Assembly: GCA_050014975.1 (NCBI GenBank)
Contig: JBEKCH010000004.1
Span: 9,505-73,504 of the forward strand
Length of the DNA stretch: 64,000 nucleotides
Direction: 5' to 3'
From: Candidatus Limnocylindrales bacterium
GTDB taxonomy: Bacteria; Chloroflexota; Limnocylindria; Limnocylindrales; CSP1-4
The notes below the pieces were generated by a model. It was not told the origin of the DNA. It saw only the letters and a program-made list of their open reading frames with translations, and did not search any database. How positions within the stretch are numbered: the first letter of the stretch is position 1; each line of letters starts with the position of its first letter. The position numbers and the translations under genes are program-made. Of the stretch, positions 9,347 through 18,396 are shown in pieces.

Positions 9347-11161
9347 ATGACGAGCGGGAAGACTCCCCGCGGGAAGCAGTCCGAGTCCGCAGGCGATCCC
9401 GATTCCGGCGCTCCGAATGACGGCGCGCCGATCGAAGCCCAGTCGGCGGGCGGCACCCCAGAAGGGCAACATGGAGGCCTGGGCGACGCCGCGTCTCGAC
9501 GCGTCGCCGCAGCCGCCGCCGCTGCCGGGGCCGAGGCCGTCTCCGGACCCAGCGCCGGGAATGCTTCTCGGCGCTCTTCTCGGGCGCGAACGGGCACCGA
9601 CACCGACGCCGCCGTCGCCGCCGCATCCGCCGCAGCTGCATCCGCCGTGGCAGCGGCCAGCGCCGCGATAGCCGCCACTGCCGCAGCTGAAGCCACGGAA
9701 GCAGCGGCCGGCAGCGGGCAGAATGGGAAGCCTGTACGCGAGGCGAAGCCGAAGCCCGCATCGAAGTCGAAGGGCGAGCCGGTCGAGACCCTGATGGCCG
9801 CCTCCGTCACAGCGGCGGCGACCGAACCCCTGACATTGGATGCGCTTCAGCCGAGCCGTGCAGGCATCATCCGTTTCAGTCGCGTCAGACTGCAACGCCA
9901 CCCCGGCATCATCCGCGCCGGCTCCTCGCCGGCCGTGCCCGAGTACCATCCGCCAGTCGAGCCCCTCTTCTCCAACGAGGGCATCGTCCGGCGCAGCCAG
10001 GAGAACCGCCGCGGCGCGGCCGAACGCATCGCGGGCGCGGTCGCGGGGGTCGCAGCCGCCCTCGCCGCAGCCGGCACGGCCCTGGGCCGCGCCCTCGGTC
10101 GCGGGCCCTCCGGCTCGATCGCCAGCCCGGAAGCGACCGCCCTGGATGGCGCCGCCATCGTGGCCGACTCAGAATCGATCCAAGCCCCGGTGTCCTCCGT
10201 CGGCGTCCTCGATCGAATCCGGAATTCGCGCGTCGTCCTTGCCCTGGCAGGGGCCGCGCCGGCCGTTCGCTCGGGCCTGGTTCGGGCTCGCGACACGGTC
10301 ATCGTTCCGGGCGCCGGGATCGTCGTCGGAGCCGTCCTGTGGCCGTATCACAAGCTCGCCGGCCGCGCGGAGCCGCAGCTCGCGACAGTCGAGGCGATTG
10401 ACTATCCCGCCGAGCGGAAGCGCCGCAGGCCCATATTCTGGTTCCTCTTCGGCGGGTTCTATGCCGTGCTCTTCGCCTACATCCTGATCGCCGGCCTGAT
10501 CCTGCCGGCTGTCGCCAACGAGCCGGCGACTGCTTCTCCAACCGCCCCCGTCGCCTACGTCAATCCGACTGCCACCGCGACCCCGATCGCGACCCCCATC
10601 GCGACTCCTACCCACAAGGCGACCGCAACGACCATCGTGATCACACCTTCGGCGGCCCCGATCGCGACTCCTACGCACAAGGCGACTGCCGCCCCGACCG
10701 CCAAGCCGACCGCCGCGCCGACCGCCAAGCCGACGGCGGTGCCGACCGCGCCGCCGACGGCGGTGCCGACCGCGCCGCCGACGGCAGTGCCGACCGCGCC
10801 GCCGACGGCAGTCCCGACCGCGCCGCCGACGCCGGTCATGTTCGCGACGATTACGTCGGCGACACCGCCCGCCACGGCACCGGGCAATGGGGAGTTCGTT
10901 GTCAGGTCACTCGCCGGCGCGAGCTGCTACCTGACCCGATCGGGCGGCGGTCACCGTACAGTCCAGTCGCCGGCCCTCACGGTTGGCACTAACGGGTATG
11001 CGCCGGGGTTCCTGTGGGGCGCGAGATGGACCAGTAGCGCGTGGGACAATCCCTCGACTCTGACCTTCACCGCGACATGCACCATGCCGGCTCCCGACAG
11101 CCGCACGGCGACCTCAGCGCCGGTCACTGTCCAATGGCCGGGGATACCGGCAGCCACCTAG
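9347..11161 (+). CDS. Hypothetical membrane protein: Ala-rich disordered N-terminus, TM helix, Pro/Thr/Ala linker, about 100-aa C-terminal domain
   Basis: Long ORF with TM segment IFWFLFGGFYAVLFAYILIAGLILPAV, a PTAVPTAPPTAV repeat linker and a non-repetitive Cys-containing C-terminal domain. No family recognised. The start codon is uncertain. Confidence 0.5.
   Translation: MTSGKTPRGKQSESAGDPDSGAPNDGAPIEAQSAGGTPEGQHGGLGDAASRRVAAAAAAAGAEAVSGPSAGNASRRSSRARTGTDTDAAVAAASAAAASAVAAASAAIAATAAAEATEAAAGSGQNGKPVREAKPKPASKSKGEPVETLMAASVTAAATEPLTLDALQPSRAGIIRFSRVRLQRHPGIIRAGSSPAVPEYHPPVEPLFSNEGIVRRSQENRRGAAERIAGAVAGVAAALAAAGTALGRALGRGPSGSIASPEATALDGAAIVADSESIQAPVSSVGVLDRIRNSRVVLALAGAAPAVRSGLVRARDTVIVPGAGIVVGAVLWPYHKLAGRAEPQLATVEAIDYPAERKRRRPIFWFLFGGFYAVLFAYILIAGLILPAVANEPATASPTAPVAYVNPTATATPIATPIATPTHKATATTIVITPSAAPIATPTHKATAAPTAKPTAAPTAKPTAVPTAPPTAVPTAPPTAVPTAPPTAVPTAPPTPVMFATITSATPPATAPGNGEFVVRSLAGASCYLTRSGGGHRTVQSPALTVGTNGYAPGFLWGARWTSSAWDNPSTLTFTATCTMPAPDSRTATSAPVTVQWPGIPAAT
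10741..10834 (+). repeat. 24-nt tandem repeat, about 3.9 copies (encodes PTAPPTAV units)
   Basis: gccgaccgcgccgccgacggc(g/a)gt at 10741, 10765 and 10789, with a partial copy at 10813. It is in frame within CDS 9347-11161. Confidence 0.85.
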
Positions 11162-11181
11162 GCCCACTCCGCGCCCAATGC

Positions 11182-11211
11182 CTGGAGGCCCCTCGACCGA
11201 GGGGCCTCCAG
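11182..11211 (+). terminator. Strong GC hairpin, likely intrinsic terminator downstream of CDS 9347-11161
   Basis: ctggaggcccctc-gacc-gaggggcctccag: 13-bp perfect stem, 4-nt loop, followed by aTTTa. It begins 21 nt after the stop codon. Confidence 0.6.
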
Positions 11212-11286
11212 ATTTAGGGACTTTGCAGGCCAGGCGGGCACGATCACTCCGGCCAGAGAGGCTCGGCTCCGATTGCGTTCGGATCG

Positions 11287-11964
11287 TTGCTCGGATCGAG
11301 CCGCCCGGACGCATACAGGGCATACGGCACAGCAGCACCCGGCGAGGCTCACCTGGCTGCGCAACGCAGGTCTGTGAGGGCCGTCGCGCTTCCCAACGAG
11401 GGCCCGCGCATAGCCCTCGTGGTAGATGACGAGCCGCTCGTTCGGACGCTCGTCTACACCGTGCTGAGTCGACGCGGCTGGTCGGTCGTCGAAGCCGCGG
11501 ACGTCACGAGCGCCCTGGCTCTCGCCGCCGAGGCCCTGGATCTGCTGGTGACCGACCACGAGATGCCATCGGCAACCGGCGTGACTCTGGCCGAGAAGCT
11601 GCGACTTCGCAACGGCATGCTGCCGGCGGTGATGGTTTCGGGCCATCCCGAGGTGGCCGACATTCCGGACACCCTCCACGGCCCGCGGACGGCCTTCGTC
11701 GGCAAGCCGTTCCCAGTTGAGGAGCTGATCTCGAGATCGGCTCGGTCACCGGCTGACGCGGCCGGGGGGGCGAGCCGCATCGGCGCCCGGCGCCACGGCG
11801 CGGATCGACCGCGTCGAACGGATAAGCTCGACCTCTCTCCCGCCCCGGCTGTGTTCTCCCCCGCGGCCGGGGCTTCTTCGTGTGCGGTGGCTCCTGCCGC
11901 AGTCGTTCGCGGCGCGCGACTCTCGGCCGCCACGACCCTGACCCGCTACACTGCCGGGCGATGA
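11287..11964 (+). CDS. Stand-alone response-regulator receiver domain protein with a low-complexity C-terminal tail
   Basis: IALVVDDEP (acidic pocket), LLVTDHEMP (phospho-acceptor Asp), VMVSG, VGKPF (Lys). No output domain. An alternative GTG start at 11374 is plausible. The TGA stop overlaps the murT ATG (gcgATGAgc at 11961-11964). Confidence 0.75.
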   Translation: MLGSSRPDAYRAYGTAAPGEAHLAAQRRSVRAVALPNEGPRIALVVDDEPLVRTLVYTVLSRRGWSVVEAADVTSALALAAEALDLLVTDHEMPSATGVTLAEKLRLRNGMLPAVMVSGHPEVADIPDTLHGPRTAFVGKPFPVEELISRSARSPADAAGGASRIGARRHGADRPRRTDKLDLSPAPAVFSPAAGASSCAVAPAAVVRGARLSAATTLTRYTAGR

Positions 11965-13391
11965 GCAGCCAGACGAGGCGGCGTCCCACTGGCGCCGACA
12001 CTTCACTCACGTTCCGCGCGTTCGTGGCCCTCGCGGCGGGGAAGGCCGCCGCCCGCGCCACTCGGCTGGCGGGGCGCGGGGGCGGGACCTCGATCACGGG
12101 CATGGTCGCCCGCCGCCTGGATCCGCACATCCTGCGCAAGATCGTCCTGAACCGCGGCGAGCCAGTGGTGGCGATCACCGGCAGCAACGGCAAGACGACC
12201 ACGGCCCGCTTTGCCGCCGCGCTGCTCCGCGGCGAGGGCGTCACCGTGAGCCACAACTCGGCGGGCGCGAATCTCGTGCAGGGCGTCACGAGCCTGGCCG
12301 TCAGCCGCGCCAGCCTGCGCGGCCGGCTGCCGGGGGGAGTGCTCGTGGTCGAGGTGGACGAGGGCGCGCTGCCGGGGGTCGCGCCGGAGCTGGCGCCGCG
12401 GGCGCTCCTGGTGACGAACCTGTTCCGCGATCAGCTGGACCGCTTCGGCGAGATCTACGCCGTGGCGGACGCGATCGCCTCGGTCGCGGCCGGGCTGCCC
12501 CCGGACGCCGCCCTGGTCGTCAACGCCGACGACCCGATGCTCGCCACCATGGCGACCGAGCGCGAGGGCACGCGCATAACCTTCGGGCTCGAGCTCGACC
12601 GCTCGACCGACCGGATCACCCGCGCGGCCGACACCATTCGCTGCCCGCGCTGCCGGGCGGACCTGGAGTACCGGCACGTCTACCTCTCGCACATGGGCGA
12701 CTACAGGTGCGGCGCCTGCGGCTTCGAGCGCCCGCCTCTGGACGTCGCCGTCACCTGTCTGGAAATCGCCGGCCTGGATCGAACGCGCTGCGAGATCCGG
12801 ACTCCCTCGGGCCGGCTGGTCGTCGACATCCCGCAGCCGGGCGTGCACATCGCCTACGACGCCGCCGGCGCGATCGCCATCCTCGTCGGCCTGGGCAGCC
12901 CGCTCGAGCATGCCGCCGAATCGCTGGCTTCGGTCGGTCCGGCCTTCGGCCGGCTCGAGAAGATCGAAGCCGACGGTCGATCGATCGTCCTGGCCTTCGC
13001 CAAGAATCCGACTTCCTACAACACGACCCTGCGCGCGCTGGCGGCCGAGAACGAGCCGCGTCAGCTGCTGATCGCCGCCTCCAACACGCTGGTGGATGGT
13101 GAAGACTTCGGCTGGCTGTGGGACGTCGACTTCGAGTCGATGGCGCCCCGGGTCGAACGGGCGGTCGTCTCCGGCACCCGGGCCGACGAGCTGGCGAACC
13201 GGCTGAAGTACGCCGGGCTTTCCACGCGCCAGATGATCGTCGTCGAGGATCGGTGCGACGCGCTGGACGCGGCGCTCCACGGGCTGCCGGCGGATCGGCG
13301 GCTGGTGGTCCTCTCCGGCTACACGCCGCTGATCGAGTTGCGCAACGAGATGCGGCACCGCGGCTGGACGGGGAGGTACTGGGACGTATGA
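11961..13391 (+). CDS. murT: Lipid II isoglutaminyl synthase, Mur-ligase-like subunit MurT
   Basis: GSNGKTTT P-loop. Cys4 ribbon CPRCRADLEYRHVYLSHMGDYRCGACGF characteristic of MurT. DUF1727-like C-terminus. Immediately followed by, and overlapping, gatD. Confidence 0.85.
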   Translation: MSSQTRRRPTGADTSLTFRAFVALAAGKAAARATRLAGRGGGTSITGMVARRLDPHILRKIVLNRGEPVVAITGSNGKTTTARFAAALLRGEGVTVSHNSAGANLVQGVTSLAVSRASLRGRLPGGVLVVEVDEGALPGVAPELAPRALLVTNLFRDQLDRFGEIYAVADAIASVAAGLPPDAALVVNADDPMLATMATEREGTRITFGLELDRSTDRITRAADTIRCPRCRADLEYRHVYLSHMGDYRCGACGFERPPLDVAVTCLEIAGLDRTRCEIRTPSGRLVVDIPQPGVHIAYDAAGAIAILVGLGSPLEHAAESLASVGPAFGRLEKIEADGRSIVLAFAKNPTSYNTTLRALAAENEPRQLLIAASNTLVDGEDFGWLWDVDFESMAPRVERAVVSGTRADELANRLKYAGLSTRQMIVVEDRCDALDAALHGLPADRRLVVLSGYTPLIELRNEMRHRGWTGRYWDV

Positions 13392-14218
13392 CCGAGCACA
13401 GGCGCTCCAGGGCACCGCGCCGCGACCATCGTCCGGTGCGGGTTGCGCATCTGTACCCGTCTCTCCTGAACGTGGCCGGGGACGGCGGCAATCTCATCGC
13501 CATCGCGCGGCGGGCCGAGTGGCGGGGCATCCCCGTCGAGGTCGCGGCGGTGGAGAAGGATGAGACGCCGGACTTCCGCAGGTTCGACGTGGTCCTCTTC
13601 CACGGCGGCCAGGACGTCGAGATGGCGGTCGCGGCCGAGGACTTCGCGAAGAAGGCGCCGTCGTTGCGCGAGGCCGTGGATGAGGGGGTCCTGGTCTTCG
13701 CGGTCTGCGCGGGGCTGCAGCTGCTGGGCCACCGCTACATATCGAACGCCGGCGAGGAGATGATCGGGGCCGGGATCCTGGACCTGGAAACGCGCGGCGG
13801 TCCGCAGCGCTTCATGCAGCACGCGGCCTGCAAGGTCACGATCGGCGGCGCCACGGACACGGTGGTGGGCTTCGAGAACCACTCCGGTCTGACGGAGCTG
13901 GGGCCCGGCTGCGAGCCCTTCGGGCGCGTTGTGGCCGGGGCCGGCAACAACGGCCGCGACGGCCTGGAAGGGGCGCGGTCCGGGAACGTCTTTGCCACGT
14001 ACCTGCACGGCCCGGTGCTGCCCAAGAACCCGTGGCTCACGGACCGGCTGATCGAGATCGCGGTCTCTCGGGCCGAGGGCGCGCCCTTCACGCTGGCGCC
14101 GCTCGACGACGAGCTGGAGCTTCGCGCCCACGAGGTGGCGCTGGCCAAGGCGATGGCCAACCGCGGTCGCCGCACCGCCCTGGAGCCGGCCAGGCTGGTT
14201 CGTGGCCGGAAGAGGTAG
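13388..14218 (+). CDS. gatD: Lipid II isoglutaminyl synthase, glutaminase subunit GatD (CobQ/CobB-type amidotransferase)
   Basis: VAHLYPSLLNVAGDGGN, nucleophile Cys in FAVCAGLQLLG, TYLHGPVLPKNPWL. ATG 13388 overlaps the murT TGA (ATGA). Confidence 0.85.
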   Translation: MTEHRRSRAPRRDHRPVRVAHLYPSLLNVAGDGGNLIAIARRAEWRGIPVEVAAVEKDETPDFRRFDVVLFHGGQDVEMAVAAEDFAKKAPSLREAVDEGVLVFAVCAGLQLLGHRYISNAGEEMIGAGILDLETRGGPQRFMQHAACKVTIGGATDTVVGFENHSGLTELGPGCEPFGRVVAGAGNNGRDGLEGARSGNVFATYLHGPVLPKNPWLTDRLIEIAVSRAEGAPFTLAPLDDELELRAHEVALAKAMANRGRRTALEPARLVRGRKR

Positions 14219-14264
14219 CGCCGGCGCGCCGCTACGGACGCGCGGCTGCCGGGGGAGAAGGCGA

Positions 14265-14341
14265 TGGCGGGCTCGACCGGATTCGAACCGGCGGTCTCCA
14301 GCGTGACAGGCTGGCATGTTAGGCCGCTACACCACGAGCCC
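14265..14341 (-). tRNA. tRNA-Asp (anticodon GUC)
   Basis: The reverse complement folds by hand into a cloverleaf: acceptor GGGCTCG/CGAGCCC, D stem GTGT/ACAT, anticodon stem CCAGC/GCTGG with loop CTGTCAC, T arm GCCGG-TTCGAAT-CCGGT, discriminator G, encoded CCA. Confidence 0.9.
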
Positions 14342-14467
14342 AGCGCCGACGGTGGAGAATAGCATGTGGCAGCCGACTCGGCGAGCGACCCGTACGCTCC
14401 GGCCCGCCTGCCCGGTCGCGGCCGCCGCGGAAGGGCCGGCGAAGCCGACCAACCTATACTTGCTGTC

Positions 14468-15079
14468 ATGGCGACGGTTCGGGCGTACATCGGGCTCGGG
14501 GCCAACGTGGGCGACGCGCGCAATACCCTGACGGCCGCCGTCCACGCCCTGGCGGCTCTGCCGGGCGCCCGCCTCGCCGGCGTCTCGAGCCTCTACGCCA
14601 CGACCCCCGTCGAGGTCGTCGACCAGCCCGACTTCCACAACGCGGTCGTGGCGCTGGACGCGCCGGCTGGCCCGGGCGACCCGGGCCACAGCGGCCCGAT
14701 CGCGCTACTGCTCGCCCTCAAGTCGATCGAGCGCGCATTCGGGCGCCAGGAGCGATTCCGATACGGCCCGCGGGAGCTGGACCTGGATCTGCTGCTCTTT
14801 GGCGAGGAGCGGGTGCTGGTGGAGCGACCGGAGGAGGGCCGCTCCCCCGATCCGGCCAAAGCCACTCGCCTGCTCGAGATCCCTCACCCGGAAGCCGGCC
14901 GCCGCCTCTTCGTGCTGGCGCCGCTGTCGGATCTGGCGCCGGACCTCGTCCCGCCCGGCTGGACCGAGTCGGTCGCCCAGGCCCGGGCGCGCCAGGAAGC
15001 GATCGAGGGCGCATCCGCCGTCCGCTGGATCGGGCGCTGGGATCCGGCATCGATGGCGTGGGTGGCGCCGGAGGCGTAG
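14468..15079 (+). CDS. folK: 2-amino-4-hydroxy-6-hydroxymethyldihydropteridine pyrophosphokinase (HPPK)
   Basis: YIGLGANVGD, SSLYATTPV, DQPDFHNAVVAL, GPRELDLDLLLFG, LEIPHPEAGRRLFVLAPL. ATG at 14468 (MATVRAY). Confidence 0.85.
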   Translation: MATVRAYIGLGANVGDARNTLTAAVHALAALPGARLAGVSSLYATTPVEVVDQPDFHNAVVALDAPAGPGDPGHSGPIALLLALKSIERAFGRQERFRYGPRELDLDLLLFGEERVLVERPEEGRSPDPAKATRLLEIPHPEAGRRLFVLAPLSDLAPDLVPPGWTESVAQARARQEAIEGASAVRWIGRWDPASMAWVAPEA

Positions 15080-15283
15080 CCACCCCGCGTCGCGTCGTGC
15101 CCCTCCGCCATTTCCTGATTCCCATCAGGACGCCATTGAGCAAGGACTGGGGGCCGGACGGAGCCGGAAGCCGGCGAGAGCGCGCCTGGAAGGGGCGGCC
15201 TGAGCGCGGCCAGCGCCGCTCGCGCCCCTCGCGCTCCGAACGACCGCCTGGCGGGGCGTTATGGCTTGCCCGATGTCCTCGGA

Positions 15284-15306
15284 GCGGGAAATCGGAAACT
15301 TCCCGC
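15284..15306. terminator. Hairpin between convergent folK and the lipoprotein gene, possible bidirectional terminator
   Basis: gcgggaa-atcggaaac-ttcccgc: 7-bp stem, 9-nt loop. It lies in the convergent intergenic region. No clear U-tract. Confidence 0.3.
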
Positions 15307-15338
15307 GCTTGCGCGCTTCGGAGCGGCGGGCAGCTCGC

Positions 15339-16142
15339 TCAGTAACTCTTGCCGACGCTCGCGGCGCCCGTTACTGCGTCGACCTGGACCGATGCCCCGT
15401 GGTCGGGGGCGGCGCTCGCGGAGGCGCTCGGCGACGCCAGGTTGACATCCCAGTACGGGTGTTCGAGGTCGAGACGGAAGTCGCTCGAGAGCACGACAAG
15501 GCCCGGCGTGGAAACCGCGGCGAGCGCCAGCCTCCCGGCCGCGGCGGCGCCGATCGACGGCGGAACGAGACTGACCCCGAAACGTTCGTCGGCGAAGGCA
15601 AACGGCGTCCCGCTCGACGGATCGATCGAGACCGAGATCTGGACCGCGCCGCCCGCTTGAGGAGCCCACGTCACAACGTAGACGGACGTGGCCCCGCCGG
15701 GCCGAAGGGCGGTCGTGGGGACGAGAATGCCCGCGTCTCGCCCGCGATCGCTTAGGAACGACGTCGCGCGAGCCGCGGCATCGGCGTCGGAAATCGCGAC
15801 CTGATCCGAATCCGGCAGCGCGTCGATCGCCACGAACTCGAGAACCAGACCTCCCCGGGCATCAACGACGGCGCCGACTGTCGGTCCGAGCACTACGTAC
15901 AGAGGATGGTCCTGACCCGAATACGTGAGCGAGGCCACCAGACCGCTCGGCTGCGTTCCGCTGCTACCGGCGGCGAACTTCGCCGCCGCCGCCGTAGCCT
16001 CCTGCGCCGAAACCGGGGCCGGCGTCCAGTTCGGGTCGGGCGTCGATGCGCAGGCGCAGGTTACGTTGCAGGCGCCGACGGTGAGCGGCAGCAGTCCCAG
16101 CAGCATTGCCACGGCGATGTACCCAGCGCCGAAACGTCTCAT
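15339..16142 (-). CDS. Putative lipoprotein with three PepSY-like modules
   Basis: MRRFGAGYIAVAMLLGLLPLTVGAC lipobox-type signal. Three repeated modules end in VDA..G-type strands (AVVDARGGLV, SIDPSSGTP, VDAVTGAAS). ATG at 16142. Confidence 0.5.
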   Translation of the reverse strand: MRRFGAGYIAVAMLLGLLPLTVGACNVTCACASTPDPNWTPAPVSAQEATAAAAKFAAGSSGTQPSGLVASLTYSGQDHPLYVVLGPTVGAVVDARGGLVLEFVAIDALPDSDQVAISDADAAARATSFLSDRGRDAGILVPTTALRPGGATSVYVVTWAPQAGGAVQISVSIDPSSGTPFAFADERFGVSLVPPSIGAAAAGRLALAAVSTPGLVVLSSDFRLDLEHPYWDVNLASPSASASAAPDHGASVQVDAVTGAASVGKSY

Positions 16143-16439
16143 GTCCCACCTCTGGCTGCGACGACCGCCCGCGGAAGTCGCCGGCCCAATCCAATGCGCG
16201 AAGAGTAGGCCATCGGCCGCCGTCCGGCTCCGGACAAGCGAAACGGGCGGCAGGCCCCTCGCGGCTGTCTGGGCACCGGCCTGTCGCCCGTTTCTTTGCT
16301 CGGGAATCCGAGCAACCCTTCCTCCGACCAACCGACCGGCCCGTCAGGCTCCGATCGGCTTGTCATCTATAGATACGAAAGAAGCGGCCGCGCGGATCAC
16401 CGCGCCAGGTTGCGATTGCGCCCTGGCCGCGCCGCGGCG

Positions 16440-18023
16440 CTAGTGGCGGAAGTGGCGCCGCCCCGTGAAGACCATTGCCATGTGGTGGCGGTCCGCGACC
16501 TCGATGGCCATGTCGTCGCGGATCGAGCCGCCCGGCTGGATGATCGCCGTGACCCCGGCCTGGGCCGCGACCTGGATCCCGTCGGGGAAGGGGAAGTAGG
16601 CGTCGCTGGCCATGACCGCCAGTCGGGCCCGGTCACCGGCTCGCCGCAGCGCGATCTCCACGGCTACTTGCCGGCTCGCCTGGGCCGCCCCTATGCCCAC
16701 CGTCGAGGCGTTGCGCGCCAGCACGATGGCGTTCGATCGGACGTGGCGGACCGCCCGCCAGGCGAACAGCAGGTCCGTCAGCTCCTCGAGCGTGGGCCGC
16801 CGTTTCGTCACCACGTGGAGCTGCGTCTTGTCGAGCCCCAGCTCGTCCTTCGCCTCGACCAGGAGCCCACCGGCGATGCGCTTGAAGTCCAGGTTGGCGA
16901 TGCCGTAGTCGCGCGGACCATCGCTGGGGCTCTCCGGCACGGCGAGCAATCGAAGCTGCGGCTTCTGGGCGAGTATCCCGATGGCGGCCTGGCTGAACGC
17001 CGGAGCCACCACGGCCTCGTACGAGTTGGCGGCGATCTCGCGCGCGGTGGCGCCGTCCAGCTCGCGGTTGACCCCGACGATCCCGCCGAAGCACGAAACG
17101 GAGTCCGTCTCCAGGGCCTTGCGGTACGCCTCCACCAGCTCGTCCGCGGAGGCCAGGCCCACCGGATCCGTGTGCTTGACGATCACCGCCGTGGGCGAGG
17201 TGAAGTCCATCGCGAAGGCATAGGCGGAATCCAGGTCCAGCAGATCGTTGAAGGATGGGCGCGAGCCCTGCAGCTGAGCGGCGTCGGCCAGGGTCCCGGA
17301 GCGGTGCGTCGTCTCGCGGTAGAAGGCGGCCGGCTGCGTGGGATTCTCGCCGTAACGCAGGTCGTCGACCTTCTCGAGGACCATGGCCAGGCGGCGCGGG
17401 AACATCTCGCCGCAGACGTTGGAAAGGTATGCCGCGACCTCGGCGTGATAGGCGGCGACGAGCCCATAGGCCTCCGCCGCGAGGGCCTGGCGCAGCTCGG
17501 CGGAGACGGAGCCACGCTCGCGCATCTCGCCGATCACGGCGCCGTATCGCGCCGGGTTGGCCACCGCTGCGACGCCCGCGTAGTTGCGAGCCGCCGCTGC
17601 CAGGAGAGCGGCGCCGCCGACATCGATCATCTCGATGGCCTCGTCGATCGGGACGAGTCGGGCGCCGACCTGGGGGGCGAAACGGCTGACGTTGACGGCC
17701 ACCAGGTCGATCAGGCCGATCCCCTGTGCTTTCAGCTCGGCCAGCTGCTCGGGCTGGTCGCGGCGGGCGAGGATGCCGGCATAGATCGCGGGATGGAGCG
17801 TCTTGACCTGGCCGCCGGCGATTGCCTCCGTGCCCGTCAGCTCGGAGACGGAGCGCACGGACAATCCATCACCGGCGAGGTGCTCGCGGGTGCCCTCCGT
17901 GGCGAATACCTCCACGCCCAGCGAGAGGAGATCGCGGGCGAAAGGGACGATGCCCTCGCGGTTGGCCACCGAGAGCAAGGCTCGCACCAGGTCTGTCTCC
18001 CAACTGCCGGCGAACTGGAGCAT
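16440..18023 (-). CDS. purH: Bifunctional AICAR transformylase / IMP cyclohydrolase
   Basis: N-terminal MGS-like domain (ALLSVANREGIVPFARDL, GGQVKTLHPAIYAGILARR) and the C-terminal AICARFT domain through ...RHFRH. ATG at 18023 (MLQFAG). The track ORF extends further upstream. Confidence 0.9.
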   Translation of the reverse strand: MLQFAGSWETDLVRALLSVANREGIVPFARDLLSLGVEVFATEGTREHLAGDGLSVRSVSELTGTEAIAGGQVKTLHPAIYAGILARRDQPEQLAELKAQGIGLIDLVAVNVSRFAPQVGARLVPIDEAIEMIDVGGAALLAAAARNYAGVAAVANPARYGAVIGEMRERGSVSAELRQALAAEAYGLVAAYHAEVAAYLSNVCGEMFPRRLAMVLEKVDDLRYGENPTQPAAFYRETTHRSGTLADAAQLQGSRPSFNDLLDLDSAYAFAMDFTSPTAVIVKHTDPVGLASADELVEAYRKALETDSVSCFGGIVGVNRELDGATAREIAANSYEAVVAPAFSQAAIGILAQKPQLRLLAVPESPSDGPRDYGIANLDFKRIAGGLLVEAKDELGLDKTQLHVVTKRRPTLEELTDLLFAWRAVRHVRSNAIVLARNASTVGIGAAQASRQVAVEIALRRAGDRARLAVMASDAYFPFPDGIQVAAQAGVTAIIQPGGSIRDDMAIEVADRHHMAMVFTGRRHFRH

Positions 18024-18396
18024 CCACGGCGATACGGGCCGCGCTTCCGGGGGCGCTCGAGCGGGCAGGTAACCGCGCGCCAGGCAGCGTGGTGGCCCGA
18101 GTTGCCAGCTTGGCCGAGTATAGCGCCAGCCTTGCGACCGCCCACCCGGCTTTCGGCTCTGTGCGCCGCGCGGCACCCGCGCGGCCTGGACCGCAGCCGG
18201 GGCCCGTGATGCGCCGCCCCGGCGCGCCGGCCGGCTGTCATGGCATACTCATCGGACGCAGAGATCGCAGGCGCCCGGTCGCCGGCGTCGGCACCGGGCC
18301 CCTCGATGCCGCCGTTCGATGCCGGGACCGGCCGATCGGTGCACATCCAGGTCACCCGACCACCTACCTGATCACACACGGAGGATCCGCGAGCAC

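Noticed and set aside
10741-10834. Tandem repeats (also 7635-7720 and 45413-45472) as possible CRISPR arrays.
   Set aside because: The repeats are contiguous, with no unique spacers, have short units of 15-45 nt, lie in frame inside ORFs and encode Pro-rich linkers. There are no cas genes in the window.
14219-14467. tRNA-Asp as an integration site of a genomic island.
   Set aside because: Both flanks are housekeeping genes (gatD and folK). No integrase, no direct repeat of the tRNA 3' end and no compositional break were seen nearby.
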